DNA of 63,983 bases, counting the filler, from Rhizaria sp. SCN 62-66 (lineage: Eukaryota): assembly GCA_001724265.1 (NCBI GenBank). It is 4 parts of 4 records of this genome, joined end to end, with 100 filler letters (N's around TTAATTAATTAA, not from the genome) between each part and the next. Parts side by side here need not be neighbours in the genome. Positions count along the whole stretch, not along the records: positions 1 to 19,692 come from MEDY01000464.1; 3 more parts are not named here. One strand, written 5' to 3'. Within the stretch, counting starts at the first letter, position 1; every line of letters starts with the position of its first letter. The position numbers and the translations under genes were made by a program. The notes under the pieces are model-generated. The model was given only the letters and a program-made list of their open reading frames with translations. It did not search any database and was not told the origin of the DNA. Positions 1 to 11,509 of this stretch are shown here, piece by piece.

Positions 1-1194
1 GCTTTGACGATTATTTCACAGAGATTTCTATTGTGGAAGTTACCTGCCGAAAACTGCGTTTTTGGCGTTTTTTAGTTGACGCTACATAGGGGTTACATAT
101 TTGGATGTAAAAAGCTATGGGCAACCAGTCAAACCCGTTTACATTCCGTTAAGGGGCGTTTTGTAGATGGTCAGGGCGTTGTGTTGTACATGTGTACATA
201 ATCGATGCAAGATAATGAGCATCTACATGATGGATTAGCTATAAAATTGCAATTTTACGATTGAATCCGCTTGTTCATTTGCATACATGATAACGGACAT
301 TTCCGTTATCGTGCGGTTGTTTTTCCTGTTGCTGCCCGGTGTATTGGTCGTTCAAATATGTATGTTTTTGCCCGGTTAGACATAGACAACAGCACTCGCT
401 AACAAACCCGCCCACACGCCCAGACAAGGTCCAAGTCCTTAAACTCACTGAAGACGTGATCGGAAACATGTCAGTAAAGACAACAAACAATGCCAACTCT
501 TTTTTCATCATACGTGCACATGAGCGCATGCGTTCTGTTCATCGGGCGGAGGGATGAGATCGCGCTTCTCTCAGAGGCTGTTTGTGACGCAATCGATTAA
601 ATGAATTCAGCTAACAACGCGAATAGGGGGAGTAAGCAACACTTAATGTAGTGAATATAGATATAGTTTCATTATTACTTACATATGTACAATCGTTTTA
701 TTGAGGTCGTCATTTTTCAATCTGAAAATACAAAAATCAACTATTATTATAGTTTTTTGATCATTATCTCTACCTTCGACTGTACATGTACTGTAAATAC
801 ATAAAAAAAATTTACAACAATGTACAAATAATGTATATGTATATTACGTGAGTAACTTATGATGGTTGGAATTTAGGCCTAGGTTGAATCGCTGTTTAGT
901 TTGTAGTAACCCATGACTCGCGTGGTGCGAATTGCAACAATTGTATTACGTACAATAAGTATGTATAACAAGACATCTAATAGCAGTGCGATTGTGGCAG
1001 TGAAAGAAAAGCAGACGCTGGGTAGCGTAAATGCCAAAGACCAGCATAAGCTTAACTATGACGTACGAACAGTCGGCAAACACAAACATACTGTGATATA
1101 ACTCGTCACCGGAGTAAACATGATGCCGAATTAACTCACGCGTGCATCAACAGCCATCATTATTCACTTGCAAACTATTTCATTGCACGTCACT

Positions 1195-2100
1195 CTCACC
1201 TCGGTTTAAACTCACTATACTTGATCGAGATTCTGTCGCCATGCTTGCACGTGCTCCCCATGTACCGCTCTTTGAACCGGTGCAACATTGCCGCGTCGAA
1301 AGGCATGTCTCCGCCGTCCCTACCCGTCGGCTTTCACCACACATAAAGATCATGTCTCGGTAATCCATCACATCTTCGTCATCTAATCCAGAGCATTCGA
1401 CACTGACAAGATTGAGCGTAACAACATAACACCACTGCTACTCACATGAGGGTTTGATAGAGTTACGCGTCACACAACACCCAAAACTACCATGAGTTTG
1501 ACAGTGACGACACTCTTTGTGACAACTCGCTGCTAAAATGTTCGAACACACGTCATTTCTGCATGTATACATCATCAATAATGTTGTCTTTAAGTTGTGG
1601 GATGTCATTTGTTGCCGCAGATTTCGAGCAATATGTGTGCAATATAAATCATAGGTGAGAGAACAGAGCGAATCGAAACGATTTCTCAACAATCATCTCA
1701 TACTCATAAATACCACACTTGTCGGTTGTCTAGCACAGTTTTAACACTGCAAACAGCATTGCAATCTTCTTTTCGACTTTCAAGGTTTTTCATTCCTGAC
1801 AGTTTCTTGCACTCGCTGCTTCAATCTGCGTAACTTCAGCCATCGCCTTGACCTCTCCCGCTATGCGTCAAACAAATCGTCGTATGCGGACGCAGAGCAA
1901 CAGCGTTCCGCTTATTGTGCAAGACATCGAGTCCTCTGAGGCTTTCATGCTCGTTATTGCCTCGCCGTCTCCCGTCGAGACCAACGCGACCGTCACGCCC
2001 ACAGTCTCTTTCGCCTCGCTCGCCACGGCTGTAGTGTACTCTGACCAGATCACGCTAGCCCCACTGGCGGGCTGAAGCGTCGCCGGTGTCACCAGCTGCA
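1195..2100 (-). pseudogene. Possible decayed gene relic
   Basis: One minus-strand frame gives protein-like stretches (e.g. DIPQLKDNIIDDVYMQK, GGDMPFDAAMLHRFKERYMG) broken by several TGA/TAA/TAG codons; no recognisable family. Confidence 0.15.
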
Positions 2101-3384
2101 CTGTGCACCTCGCTAGTGAGTTCGCTAGCTCGTTGCAGTTGCAACAGCGTTATGGCCGCTCCCGCAGCAGAACGTGGCATGCAATGGCATGCTGTGAACA
2201 CCACGCTATGCTCTGTGACGCAAATGCCTACCATCCAATCGTAAGTTTGAGGCAAACAACAATAGACATTATAACAATAAACTTTCGTTTGCTGTTTCAT
2301 TATACACTGCAGTTGTCCTCAAAATGCGGGAAACATCGCGACTGAAATGAACTTTGCAGGAACGCGCCAAATTACTGTCCCTGTGGTCAGCGGCGCTACA
2401 GTTGCTATAGTTTCTGCATGTGCGCTCAAAAGCTCATCCCGCGCAACATGGCGACAAGCTGGTCCGTCGCTGCGTCCGCGGCGGCGACTGCGGCGGGGTC
2501 GGCGGCGTCGGGCGCGGCGAGGGGGCCGAGGTTGGTGAAGATAGCAACGAGGTCGTCACCGTCCATGCCCGCCAGCGCGCCGCCACCGAGCTAAAATAAA
2601 TAAATAAATAGCGCAATCGGCAGAAGTGATGTTGGTGTTAACACAGGAAACTATTAGATATATGCAGAAACATGGGCGTTGTGCGCAGCTGCATTGAAAA
2701 ATATAAGGAGGATGAAGTGTGAGAAGATAACGGACCTCTTGGAGACTGCGGAAGGCGCGAACCCAACCACCGCGCTCGTTCAAGTTGAGCCAAATGCAAA
2801 ACGCATCAATGTCCGCAGCATCAAGAGAAGTGCTCATAACGCGTTGCAGTCCTAATAATGCAGTGTACAGCGCGCAACGTATGATAGTTTGAGCGTGCTC
2901 ACGCCAGCGTTCGTTGTGGTGGGGGATTGCGCACGACCTGAGCGGACTAACGAATCGACTTCGCACACCACGGTCCTTCCGTCAACAAGTACTAGACGAC
3001 TTGTTTCGAAAACCTTGCTCTTGATTATACATTATATTCTTTTGTACCTTCTTGCAGAAACGACATTATCACTTTAACCTTCTTTCCATACTCCGATGTC
3101 CTGCTCACTCAATCAACCGTTGCGCAACTTCTTTAAACAGCATTTATCTCCACAAAAAGTACCTTAATATGGCTTAAACTGCATGTATTTATCTGTTCTA
3201 CCCTGTTTCAATTTACTTTGTTATGCTCACTTTTCCGTCACTGTTGATTTTCCCCCTCTTTTTAACTGTTCTTAGCCTCTCTCCAAACTTGCTTTCTCTG
3301 CCTTTCGAATCACGAACGCTCTCGCCCTCGCGTAACAACAACAGCACGACTGTTGCTGTTGCTGCCGCCACCGCGCCCGCAATT

Positions 3385-5841
3385 ATGCTTTTGCTTTATC
3401 GCTGTGCCGCAACTAAGGGCCTCAGCCTTCTTTGTCTTATTGTCCTCGTCCTCGCGACGCTGTTCTGTGTCGCTCTAGCTGCCGCTGACACTGCGACTGC
3501 GGCTGCTAGTGCTACAGATGTAGCTGAGTCCATGCCGCCGCCGCCCCTGGAGGAGCGCTTGCGCATCTTCTTCCTCCACAAAGACACCGTTCTGATGTCC
3601 CCCCGCGCCGGCGCGAAGATCGCGGTGGGCGCGGCCGACCGCATCGGCTCCGGCACCGACGCCGCAGTCGTCGCCCGCAACCTCTACGGCAGCCCTTATC
3701 GCGGCGACAACAACAACGACAACACGGTTGGCAATGCCAACGACGACGACGACGGCGACGACGACACCGTGTTTACGAGCGACACCGACATCGCCAGCCC
3801 GCGCTTCAACGCCTCGGGGCTGGTCCGGCGCTCGCTGCAGTCGCCCTGGGTGACGATGGCGGTCGCGCTGCCCGCCGTGCTGCCCGCCGCGCTGGCGGCG
3901 CTGGTGCCCGCGCCCGCCGCGGTGGCCGCGGGCGTGCGGAGCATCGCTGCGGCCACGGTCGAGTCGCTCGGACGCAAGCAGCGCGCGGCGACTGCTGCAA
4001 CGGCGGCAAAGACTGCGGCAGAAGCCGAGACGGAGACTGGTGAGACGGAGACGCAGACGGAGCTGCCCAGGTGGGTCCACTGGCTGTGCCTGGTGCTGCC
4101 TGCCCCGGCCGCGCTGGGCCTCGCACAGGCCGTCGCGTCGCCAGTTGGCTACTCCGGCACGCTCATCCTCTGGAGCGCGGCGGCCTGGGGCATGGTCGGC
4201 GCGCTGCTGCGCTATGTGCGCAAGAAGCACTTCCGGACGCCGCTCGGCGCGAGCAAACTCAGGGGCAGGAGCAAGACGCACAAAGCGGACGCAACCCCCG
4301 GTGCCGTGGATGCGAGTGCGAGCGATAATGTTAGCCCTGACTCGGGCGCTGCGGGCAGTGGTACTGCTGCTGCTGTTGCTGCTACTGCTGCTGCTGTTGC
4401 TGCTGTTGCGGAGAAGACTGAGTTGGAGCGCGAGTGCGAGCTGGCGCAAGCGGAGCACGACTACGAGTACAACGCGCTCGGCAACAGCAACTGGGTCGAG
4501 TGGGACAGCTACTTGCTCTCAACTGCGCACGCGGCCGTCTCGCTCGCAGTAAGTACCCCGTACTGGACCCTTACACCGGTTTGGGTTACCCTTACATTCA
4601 CCTTCAAGCAGTACGCAGCTAAGCTCCACGAATTCGTCGTGTCTCTTCTCAGCAGCACTTCAGCCGCAACCGCAGCGACTGCCGTCGTCGCTGCCAACTC
4701 AACGGCGACAGCTGCAGCGGCGGCGACGGCAGCTGCGACGGCGACTGCTCTGGAAAACGCGGCCGTCGAAGACATTCTCTTTGACATTTCCTTCGGGACC
4801 TCCCCGTCGCGCGACGCGGCGCTGGCTGTCACCGCCGGGTACCTGCTCTACGACCTGGTGACGGTGCTGCTGCACCAGCGCGAGTTTTTCTACAAGCACG
4901 TGGCGGCGCGGTCCCCGCTGCCGCGCGCGCGCTCGCTGCTCTCGCACCCGGGATTGCCGATCCTGACGCACCACGTCGTCGTCGTGAGCACCTTCGCGGG
5001 CGGGCTCGCCGCGCGCCAGACGACATGGTTCATGGCCGCGCTCGTCGCCAACGAGGCCTCGACGCTCTTTGTCAACGCCAACTACCTCATGGCGGCCTCG
5101 CGCCACGCGCCGCGGCTCACGGCGGGCCGCTGCTATCGCGCCAACGGCGTCGCGCTGCTGGTCGTCTTCTTCCTGTGCCGCGTGTGGCACAACTCGCTGC
5201 TGGCGCTGCAGGTGGCCGCCGTTGCGTGGCCCGCACTGGGCCGCGCCGCCGCCGATGCCGTGGGGCTAGGGCCCGTCGCCGTCGGCGCGGGCATGACGCT
5301 GGGGCTCTGCGTGCACGTCGCGGTCAACCTCTGGTGGTTCAGGGGAATTCTCACCGCCGTCAGGCGCAAGCTGCTCCGACCCTCGGCCGTGGCTCCCGCC
5401 GCCACACGAACCGTGCGCGCCGGCGCCAGCGCGCGAGATAGAGATGCCAATGCCAAGAGTAAGAACGGCTTAGCAGCTGGGGCGGCAACTGCGACAGCGA
5501 CAGAGGCAGCAGGAGCACTTCAAGAGAGTGTGAGCGCGAGCGGCAAACCGAGTGCTAGTGGCGCGAAGTGTGCGTTGAGTGGTGTTGCGAGTCATGCGGC
5601 TCCTGCTCCTGTCGCTGCGACGTCAGGCAACGCTGCTCTTGCTGATACGGCGTGCGCCTTAGAGTCTGTGGCGAGCTCTGTCGACGACAATAGCACGCGC
5701 CAAGAGCAGGAGGCGGGCTTGCGGAAGCGGAAGCCGAGCGTGGCTGCGGCGACTGCGGAGACTGCGGAGACCGTGTCGAGCACGAGGAGTGCGAGCAGCG
5801 AAGGCAGCAACATCGCCCTGAGTGAAAGTGTCTCTGGTTGA
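3385..5841 (+). CDS. TLC (TRAM/LAG1/CLN8) domain membrane protein, TMEM56/TLCD-like, about 818 aa, with N-terminal signal-like segment and Ala-rich inserts
   Basis: Single-exon ORF. ATG at 3385 precedes a hydrophobic segment (LSLLCLIVLVLATLFCVALA). TLC motifs: SYLLSTAHA, TAGYLLYDL, ILTHH, NEASTLFVN, NGVALLVVFFLCRV, VNLWWFRGI. Stop is TGA. Confidence 0.85.
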   Translation: MLLLYRCAATKGLSLLCLIVLVLATLFCVALAAADTATAAASATDVAESMPPPPLEERLRIFFLHKDTVLMSPRAGAKIAVGAADRIGSGTDAAVVARNLYGSPYRGDNNNDNTVGNANDDDDGDDDTVFTSDTDIASPRFNASGLVRRSLQSPWVTMAVALPAVLPAALAALVPAPAAVAAGVRSIAAATVESLGRKQRAATAATAAKTAAEAETETGETETQTELPRWVHWLCLVLPAPAALGLAQAVASPVGYSGTLILWSAAAWGMVGALLRYVRKKHFRTPLGASKLRGRSKTHKADATPGAVDASASDNVSPDSGAAGSGTAAAVAATAAAVAAVAEKTELERECELAQAEHDYEYNALGNSNWVEWDSYLLSTAHAAVSLAVSTPYWTLTPVWVTLTFTFKQYAAKLHEFVVSLLSSTSAATAATAVVAANSTATAAAAATAAATATALENAAVEDILFDISFGTSPSRDAALAVTAGYLLYDLVTVLLHQREFFYKHVAARSPLPRARSLLSHPGLPILTHHVVVVSTFAGGLAARQTTWFMAALVANEASTLFVNANYLMAASRHAPRLTAGRCYRANGVALLVVFFLCRVWHNSLLALQVAAVAWPALGRAAADAVGLGPVAVGAGMTLGLCVHVAVNLWWFRGILTAVRRKLLRPSAVAPAATRTVRAGASARDRDANAKSKNGLAAGAATATATEAAGALQESVSASGKPSASGAKCALSGVASHAAPAPVAATSGNAALADTACALESVASSVDDNSTRQEQEAGLRKRKPSVAAATAETAETVSSTRSASSEGSNIALSESVSG

Positions 5842-6783
5842 GCTCAAAGCAGAGGGTGGAAACGGATAACCCCCAAGTCCTTTGTACAACATATCTACAC
5901 AATGTATATGTACCTAAATAGTGTTATTGTCAACTTTCTATGACTCATCAAGTCAATCGTGCCATGCTCAAGGCCATGCGAAACACAGCAATACACACAC
6001 ATTTGCACAGTATATCCTTCGCTTTCATTATAAAATCGTTCTTCACGATGATCATATACTTATCAGCAGTTCATATCATTTTTCTTGCGAGTTGGTCAAC
6101 ATCCCTCACTCGTCACTGTGCGCACACTCGTGATCACCTGTCACATTGAGCTCCTTCTCTTTGCGACGAGATTGAGCAGAGATACTGATACGATGGTGGC
6201 TCGGCTTGAGGCGATGGCGGTTGAAACTGGGATTGGGTAGATCGACATCCAAGACTGTCATTTTATGATGCCACTGAGATATTAATGCTGTGAGAGGCGG
6301 GAATATATGTTTCCATTTTGATTTTGTGCTATAAACGCGGAATTATTGCACTCCAGACACCAGACATCCACTGGCTGCTGACACTGGAATGACGAGTCAT
6401 CATCCTATCTTTTAGCCGCTGAGCGCTATTCCATGTGCTTTCCTTTATATGACACGCACTACTTAGATTTTTCCATGGCTTAAAAACTCTTATCTTACTC
6501 CTCATTCCATTTTGCCTTCATCTTGCCCGTGAAGGAGCGTCTCCAGCTCCTCACCTCGCGACCCCCAGCCCGCCGCACGCTCGTCGCTTGCCGCTCGCTT
6601 TCCCCCAGCGTCCCGGCTTTTTCTGCGCGCGCGCACAGAGCTCGTCCCGCAGCACCTTTTTTCCTTGCGCTTGTTCTTCGCAGTGCAAGCCGCTCACTAG
6701 CGAATTAGTCGAACCGCACAGCAGCTCGTATCTGAAGTTCGTTAGATAATCCTTGCGAACCGCTCCTATACATCTCTCTCAAT

Positions 6784-8724
6784 ATGCCGCGCTCGCTGTG
6801 TTCCCGGTTCCTGGCCGCCGCGCTCTTTGCGGCGCTGGCCGTGCTCTTTGTTGTCGCTGCCCCCGCCGTGGCAGACGACTCAAACCACAAGTACGCCGAG
6901 AAAGACGAGGTGACGGTCTGGGTGAACCGCGTCGGGCCATACCCGAACCCGCAGGAGACGTATTCGTACTGGTCGCTGCCGCTGTGCCGACCGGACACGG
7001 GCAAACCGCTGCGGCACAAGAAGTCCTCGTTGGCCGTGCTGCTCGAGGGCGACCAGGTCTCCGACTCGGGCATCTCGGTCGCCTTCAACGTCCCGACGGC
7101 GAAGTCGCCCCTGTGCACCTTCACGCTCGACGCCGACTCGGCCGCGCAGCTGTCCAAGCTCGTCGCGCGTGAATACTGGTACCAGCTCTACGTCGACGAG
7201 CTGCCCGTGTGGGGCATGGTCGGCTCCGTCACCGACGGCGCCACGTACGTATACACGCACAAGCACTTCAGCATCGCCGCCAACGGGCCCCGCATCATCG
7301 AAGTCAACCTCACTTCGTCCGCGCCCCAGCGCATCGCACCCGGTACGTCTTACAATATTTCTCGCCAAGACAACGAGATATAGAGATAATATCCTGGAAG
7401 TATGATATAAAATCAGATTTTCTATTGACTAAACGCGTTGATTCATTTCTATTTCATCACCTCATTGAGAATAATATCCGTGATTGTTTGTACATATGCA
7501 ACAACAGGCGTGTCTCTGGCGATGACCTACTCGGTGCAGTGGTCGGCCACTGACAAGTCCTTCTCGCGCCGCTTCGACCGGTACCTGGACCTGGACTTCT
7601 TCGAGCACTACGTGCACTGGCTGGCCCTGCTCAACTCGGTCGTCATGGTGCTCTTCCTCTGCAGCGTCGTCGCGCTCATCCTCTACCGCACGCTGCGGTC
7701 CGACTTCGCGCGCCACGCGCTGTCGGAAGACAACCTCGACCTGGAAGACGTGATCGACGAGTCGGGCTGGAAGCAGGTTCACAACGACGTGCTGCGTCCG
7801 CCGCGCGCCCTCGCGCTGCTAGCTGGTCTGGTCGGCTCGGGCGCGCAGCTGCTGGCGTTGTGTCTCTTGACCGCGGCCGTGGTCGGCACCACGGGCGCGC
7901 TCTACGACGAGCGCGGCGGCATGCTCATGACTGCGCTCGCGCTCTTCTGCGTGTCGGCCGTCATCGGCGGCTTCGTCTCGGGCCGCCTCTACAAGCAGAG
8001 CTCGGACCCGCGCCGCGCAGCGGGCTGGAAAGGCGCGCTGCTCTACACAGCGACGCTGCTGCCCGCCCTGGCACTGCTGGTTCAGTCGGCGCTTAACGCA
8101 GTCGCCGTCGCCTACGGCTCGCAGGCCGCGCTGGACACCGCCACGATGCTGCGGCTGCTGGGGCTGTGGCTGGGCGTCCAGTGCCCGCTGACGCTGCTCG
8201 GCACCGTCGTGGGCCGCGCGCTCACGGCTCAGGCGCAGCAGCGGTACTCGTTTACGCTGCGGCCGATCCCGCTGCTGCCCCTGCGCTCGCAGGCATGGGT
8301 GACGGCGATGGTCGCCGCGTCGATGCCCTTTGCCGCCGTCTTCATCGAGATCCACTTCATCTTCACGTCCATCTGGTCGTACAAGTTCTACTACGTCTAC
8401 GGCTTCATGTTCGCCGTCTTCGCGGTGATGGTCGTCGTGACGCTGTGTGTGGCCGTGCTGGCAACCTACGTCACGCTCAACCGCGAGGACTGGCGCTGGC
8501 AATGGATGGCGGCCGCGATCGGGCTCTTCATGGCCGCCTACGTGTTCCTCTACGCCGTCTACTACTTCGTCATGAAGACGCGCATGACGGGCGTGCTGCA
8601 GACGTGCTACTACTTCGGCTACGTCGCGCTCTTCTGCGCGGCAGTAGGCGCGCTGACGGCCGGCGTCGCCTTCCTCGGCGCTAGGTGGTTCGTCAACAGG
8701 ATCTACCAGACCAAGACCGACTGA
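6784..8724 (+). CDS. TM9SF3: Transmembrane 9 superfamily (nonaspanin/EMP70) protein, TM9SF3-type, 591 aa; join(6784..7342,7508..8724)
   Basis: Signal peptide; NRVGPYPNPQETYSYWSLPLC; DESGWKQVHNDV; FIEIHFIFTSIWSYKFYYVYGF; EDWRWQW; C-terminal KTD (KxD/E) motif. Phase-1 GTACGT...CAG intron at 7343-7507 restores the frame. Stop is TGA. Confidence 0.95.
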
Positions 8725-9249
8725 GCTGGCCGGCAAAGTGATTGGTCAAGATGACTATAACTACGAACATAACAATGTTTATTTGAACAAGACTTGATCC
8801 CCCCTCTCGAGGTTACACTCAGGTCCAGGTCTGTTTGCTATTGAGAAAAGAGTGTGCGTTGATGATGTATATGTGATACTTGGGCCAATGCGTTTGGTTA
8901 TATTAATACAATAGGTGTTTATTGATCATATTTTCTTACTACATCGCTATACAAGTCCTTTGTTATGTCGTGATCGAGTTGTCTTAGTGCGTTTTCAGTG
9001 AATGGAAAAGAACGGTGGTTCCTAAAAAATCGACCGACGACGACAAGACTGACCGAAGGAGGCATGGAGACGACAAAGTCAGCGTGTTTTGCGAGACACA
9101 AACTTTTATTATTGGCGTGCTGAAAATATGATATGATGTAGTCGTGCGCAATGTTTTTTTGGGTCGAATGATTTCTCCAGCTCACGTTCTCTTCCCTTCT
9201 CTTGCCCACATTTTATCCCCAACTCTTCCCCTCTCTCAGTAGTGGCAGC

Positions 9250-10696
9250 ATGAAGTTTCTCTTTGTGCTTGGCGCTGTCTTCGTTGCCTGCTCGCAGGCG
9301 TACGTTGAGGACATGGTACGTCACTCAGTATTCTCTCCTCTGCGTCCGCTTTCACTTCCCGAGCTCCTATGCTCTCCGCACACAATCCCTCCGATGTTCT
9401 CTCTCGCTCACACACGCCCACTCACTTTCTCTGCATGCTGTTACTTGCAATCCTTCCTCATCGGCCTCTGTCACGTCTTGCTTTCTGTCATCCTGTTCAG
9501 ACGCCGTACCGCTCGGTGATCGGCACCCGCGGCGGCGCCCCGCGTCCCCCCGCGAGCGCCCTGGCCCGCGCCGTCCCCGCCGGCTTCCACGTCCAGGTAC
9601 GGCCCAATCCTCTCAGTCAACCAACAAAGACATCTCATGTGTGACTTCATATCGCTCTACAACGACTTCTCTGTCACAACTTAGTTTACAAAACTCAACT
9701 ATCTACCCAGATCCATTGGTCTCATTTCATACCTCACTCATCTTGTCTTGCCATCTACCCCTGCGTTTGCCCTCTTCTCACGCTCCCGCTTCGTAACATA
9801 AACACCGCGGTGTCCCTCCCTGCGCAGGTGTCGCACGCGCGCGAGGCGTACCAGAAGACTATCCCGTACAACTACGGCGCGCCGGTGCGCTCCGAGGACC
9901 TGATGGCCACCGCGCGCGCACCGCTGGTGCTGCAGCCCGAGGTTGCGTTCATGCCGATCGCCGCCTCGGCCGCACCGCCCACGGCCGACTCGCTGCCCGT
10001 TTACTCGAACGCGCCCATCCCGACCCCCGCCAAGTCCACCTTTGCCTCCTTTGCCGAGCTCGAGGCCGCGGCCGACGCCGAGGCTGAGGCCAACGCCGAC
10101 TCAGCGTCTGCGGCGACTGTGGGCAGCATGAGCGCCAGCAAGCTCGACGCCGAGATCGACACGGCCGCGGACTTCGCCGCCGAGCTGGAGATGGTGCTGG
10201 AGAACGGCGACAAGGCCGCGCTGGAGCGCGAGCAGCAGGAGCGCAACTATGCCCTGATGCGCGGCGGCAAGACCCCCGAGCAGGGTCAGGAGCAAGACGA
10301 GGAGCTCTACTCCATCCACCAGGTACGTCGGACCAATGTCTAAACATGCGCAGACATATGTCACATGTCGTGTTATGATGCTAAAATCACTCTATTCGTG
10401 TTTTTAATGCTATTTTTGTTATATTCTCCACTTTTAATCAAAAATCTCACATGTCATGCCAATATATCTATCTTTGTTTTTAACGACTATCGCAGGCCGC
10501 CTTCCTCGAGGCTGAGGCCGAGGTGGAGGTGGACGCCGAGGCCGCCGCGGCCGCGGAGATGGACGCCGAGCTCGACGCCGAGGTCGACGAGGACCTCGAC
10601 CTCGAGGCTGAGGCCGAGCACGAGGCTGACGCTGAGGCTGAGGCCGAGACTGAGGTCGACGCGGAGGCTGAGTTCGAGTCCGAGTTTGACGCGTAA
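9250..10696 (+). CDS. Secreted, highly acidic protein of unknown function, 285 aa; join(9250..9315,9501..9596,9828..10322,10496..10696)
   Basis: Signal peptide MKFLFVLGAVFVACSQA. Three phase-0 GTACG...CAG introns give one continuous frame. Strong C/G-ending codon bias. C-terminal E/D/A tail (AAFLEAEAEVEVDAE...EFESEFDA). Stop is TAA. Confidence 0.85.
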
Positions 10697-11509
10697 GCGG
10701 TCTGGATCTAGTGTTCCGTGCTTGCTCCTTCAAGGACGGGGATATCGAGATTGACTGTGGATGATTGGGGGTTGACCGTTGTCGTTGTTGCCGTGTGCAA
10801 GTGTCACACTGTGTGTGAGTGATGTAGTACAGTAATTCTGGAGTTTTATGATCGAAATACATTATAACTACTGTGCAAACGTACTGCAGTTAAAGATAAC
10901 GTGAGTAGAGCCTTGGATGATCAAGTAAATTGAACTAAGTACAGTAACATGTACTTAGTAAGCTTACATACGTACGGTATGTACGTACGAACATTCGTTT
11001 GTTGTTCTGACTAAAACTTAATAAATGGATCATCGATGTTCTGAATACACGACACCTATTAACTTGGGTGATCTGTAACATCACGTCACACATGTTAGTT
11101 GTATATTTCATTACCGTGAGTATGATAATAATGTTTGTGTGTATGACATGACTCACATTACTAAGTATGAATTATAATCTCAACAGTTATTTCATCTAAA
11201 AAGAACAACAATCTAGTAATAGTCCCAGGCATTCGTACAACATATTCACCTGGCGTATGCTCACGCGTTCGTTTGCAGTCTTACCATGCTCACATTTGAA
11301 CTAGTTCGTCTTGAATTCGAATTTGAGATCGAACACAGAGATCGCACTATCTTTCGCCCGGAAGCAAGAGATGATCCGGACTACTAGTATTTACCGAGGG
11401 GAAGCTGACTTAGCGCGTTGAGGATTGAGCAGCGGATAGCGCAGATTTGCCGCGCGCGCTGAGTAGTAGTAGCCCTGAAGTACAGACTTGCCGCGCGCGC
11501 CACGTGCGC

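Noticed and set aside
1-3200. Transposon or intact gene in the first 3 kb
   Set aside because: Only short ORFs, no transposase/RT motifs or terminal repeats; the protein-like minus-strand frame has TGA and TAA stops as well as TAG, so it is not rescued by TAG reassignment and was not counted as evidence.
4549-4611. Canonical-looking GTAAGT donor inside the TLC gene
   Set aside because: The frame reads through without stops, the segment encodes a plausible hydrophobic stretch, and every supported intron uses GTACG and is at least 140 nt.
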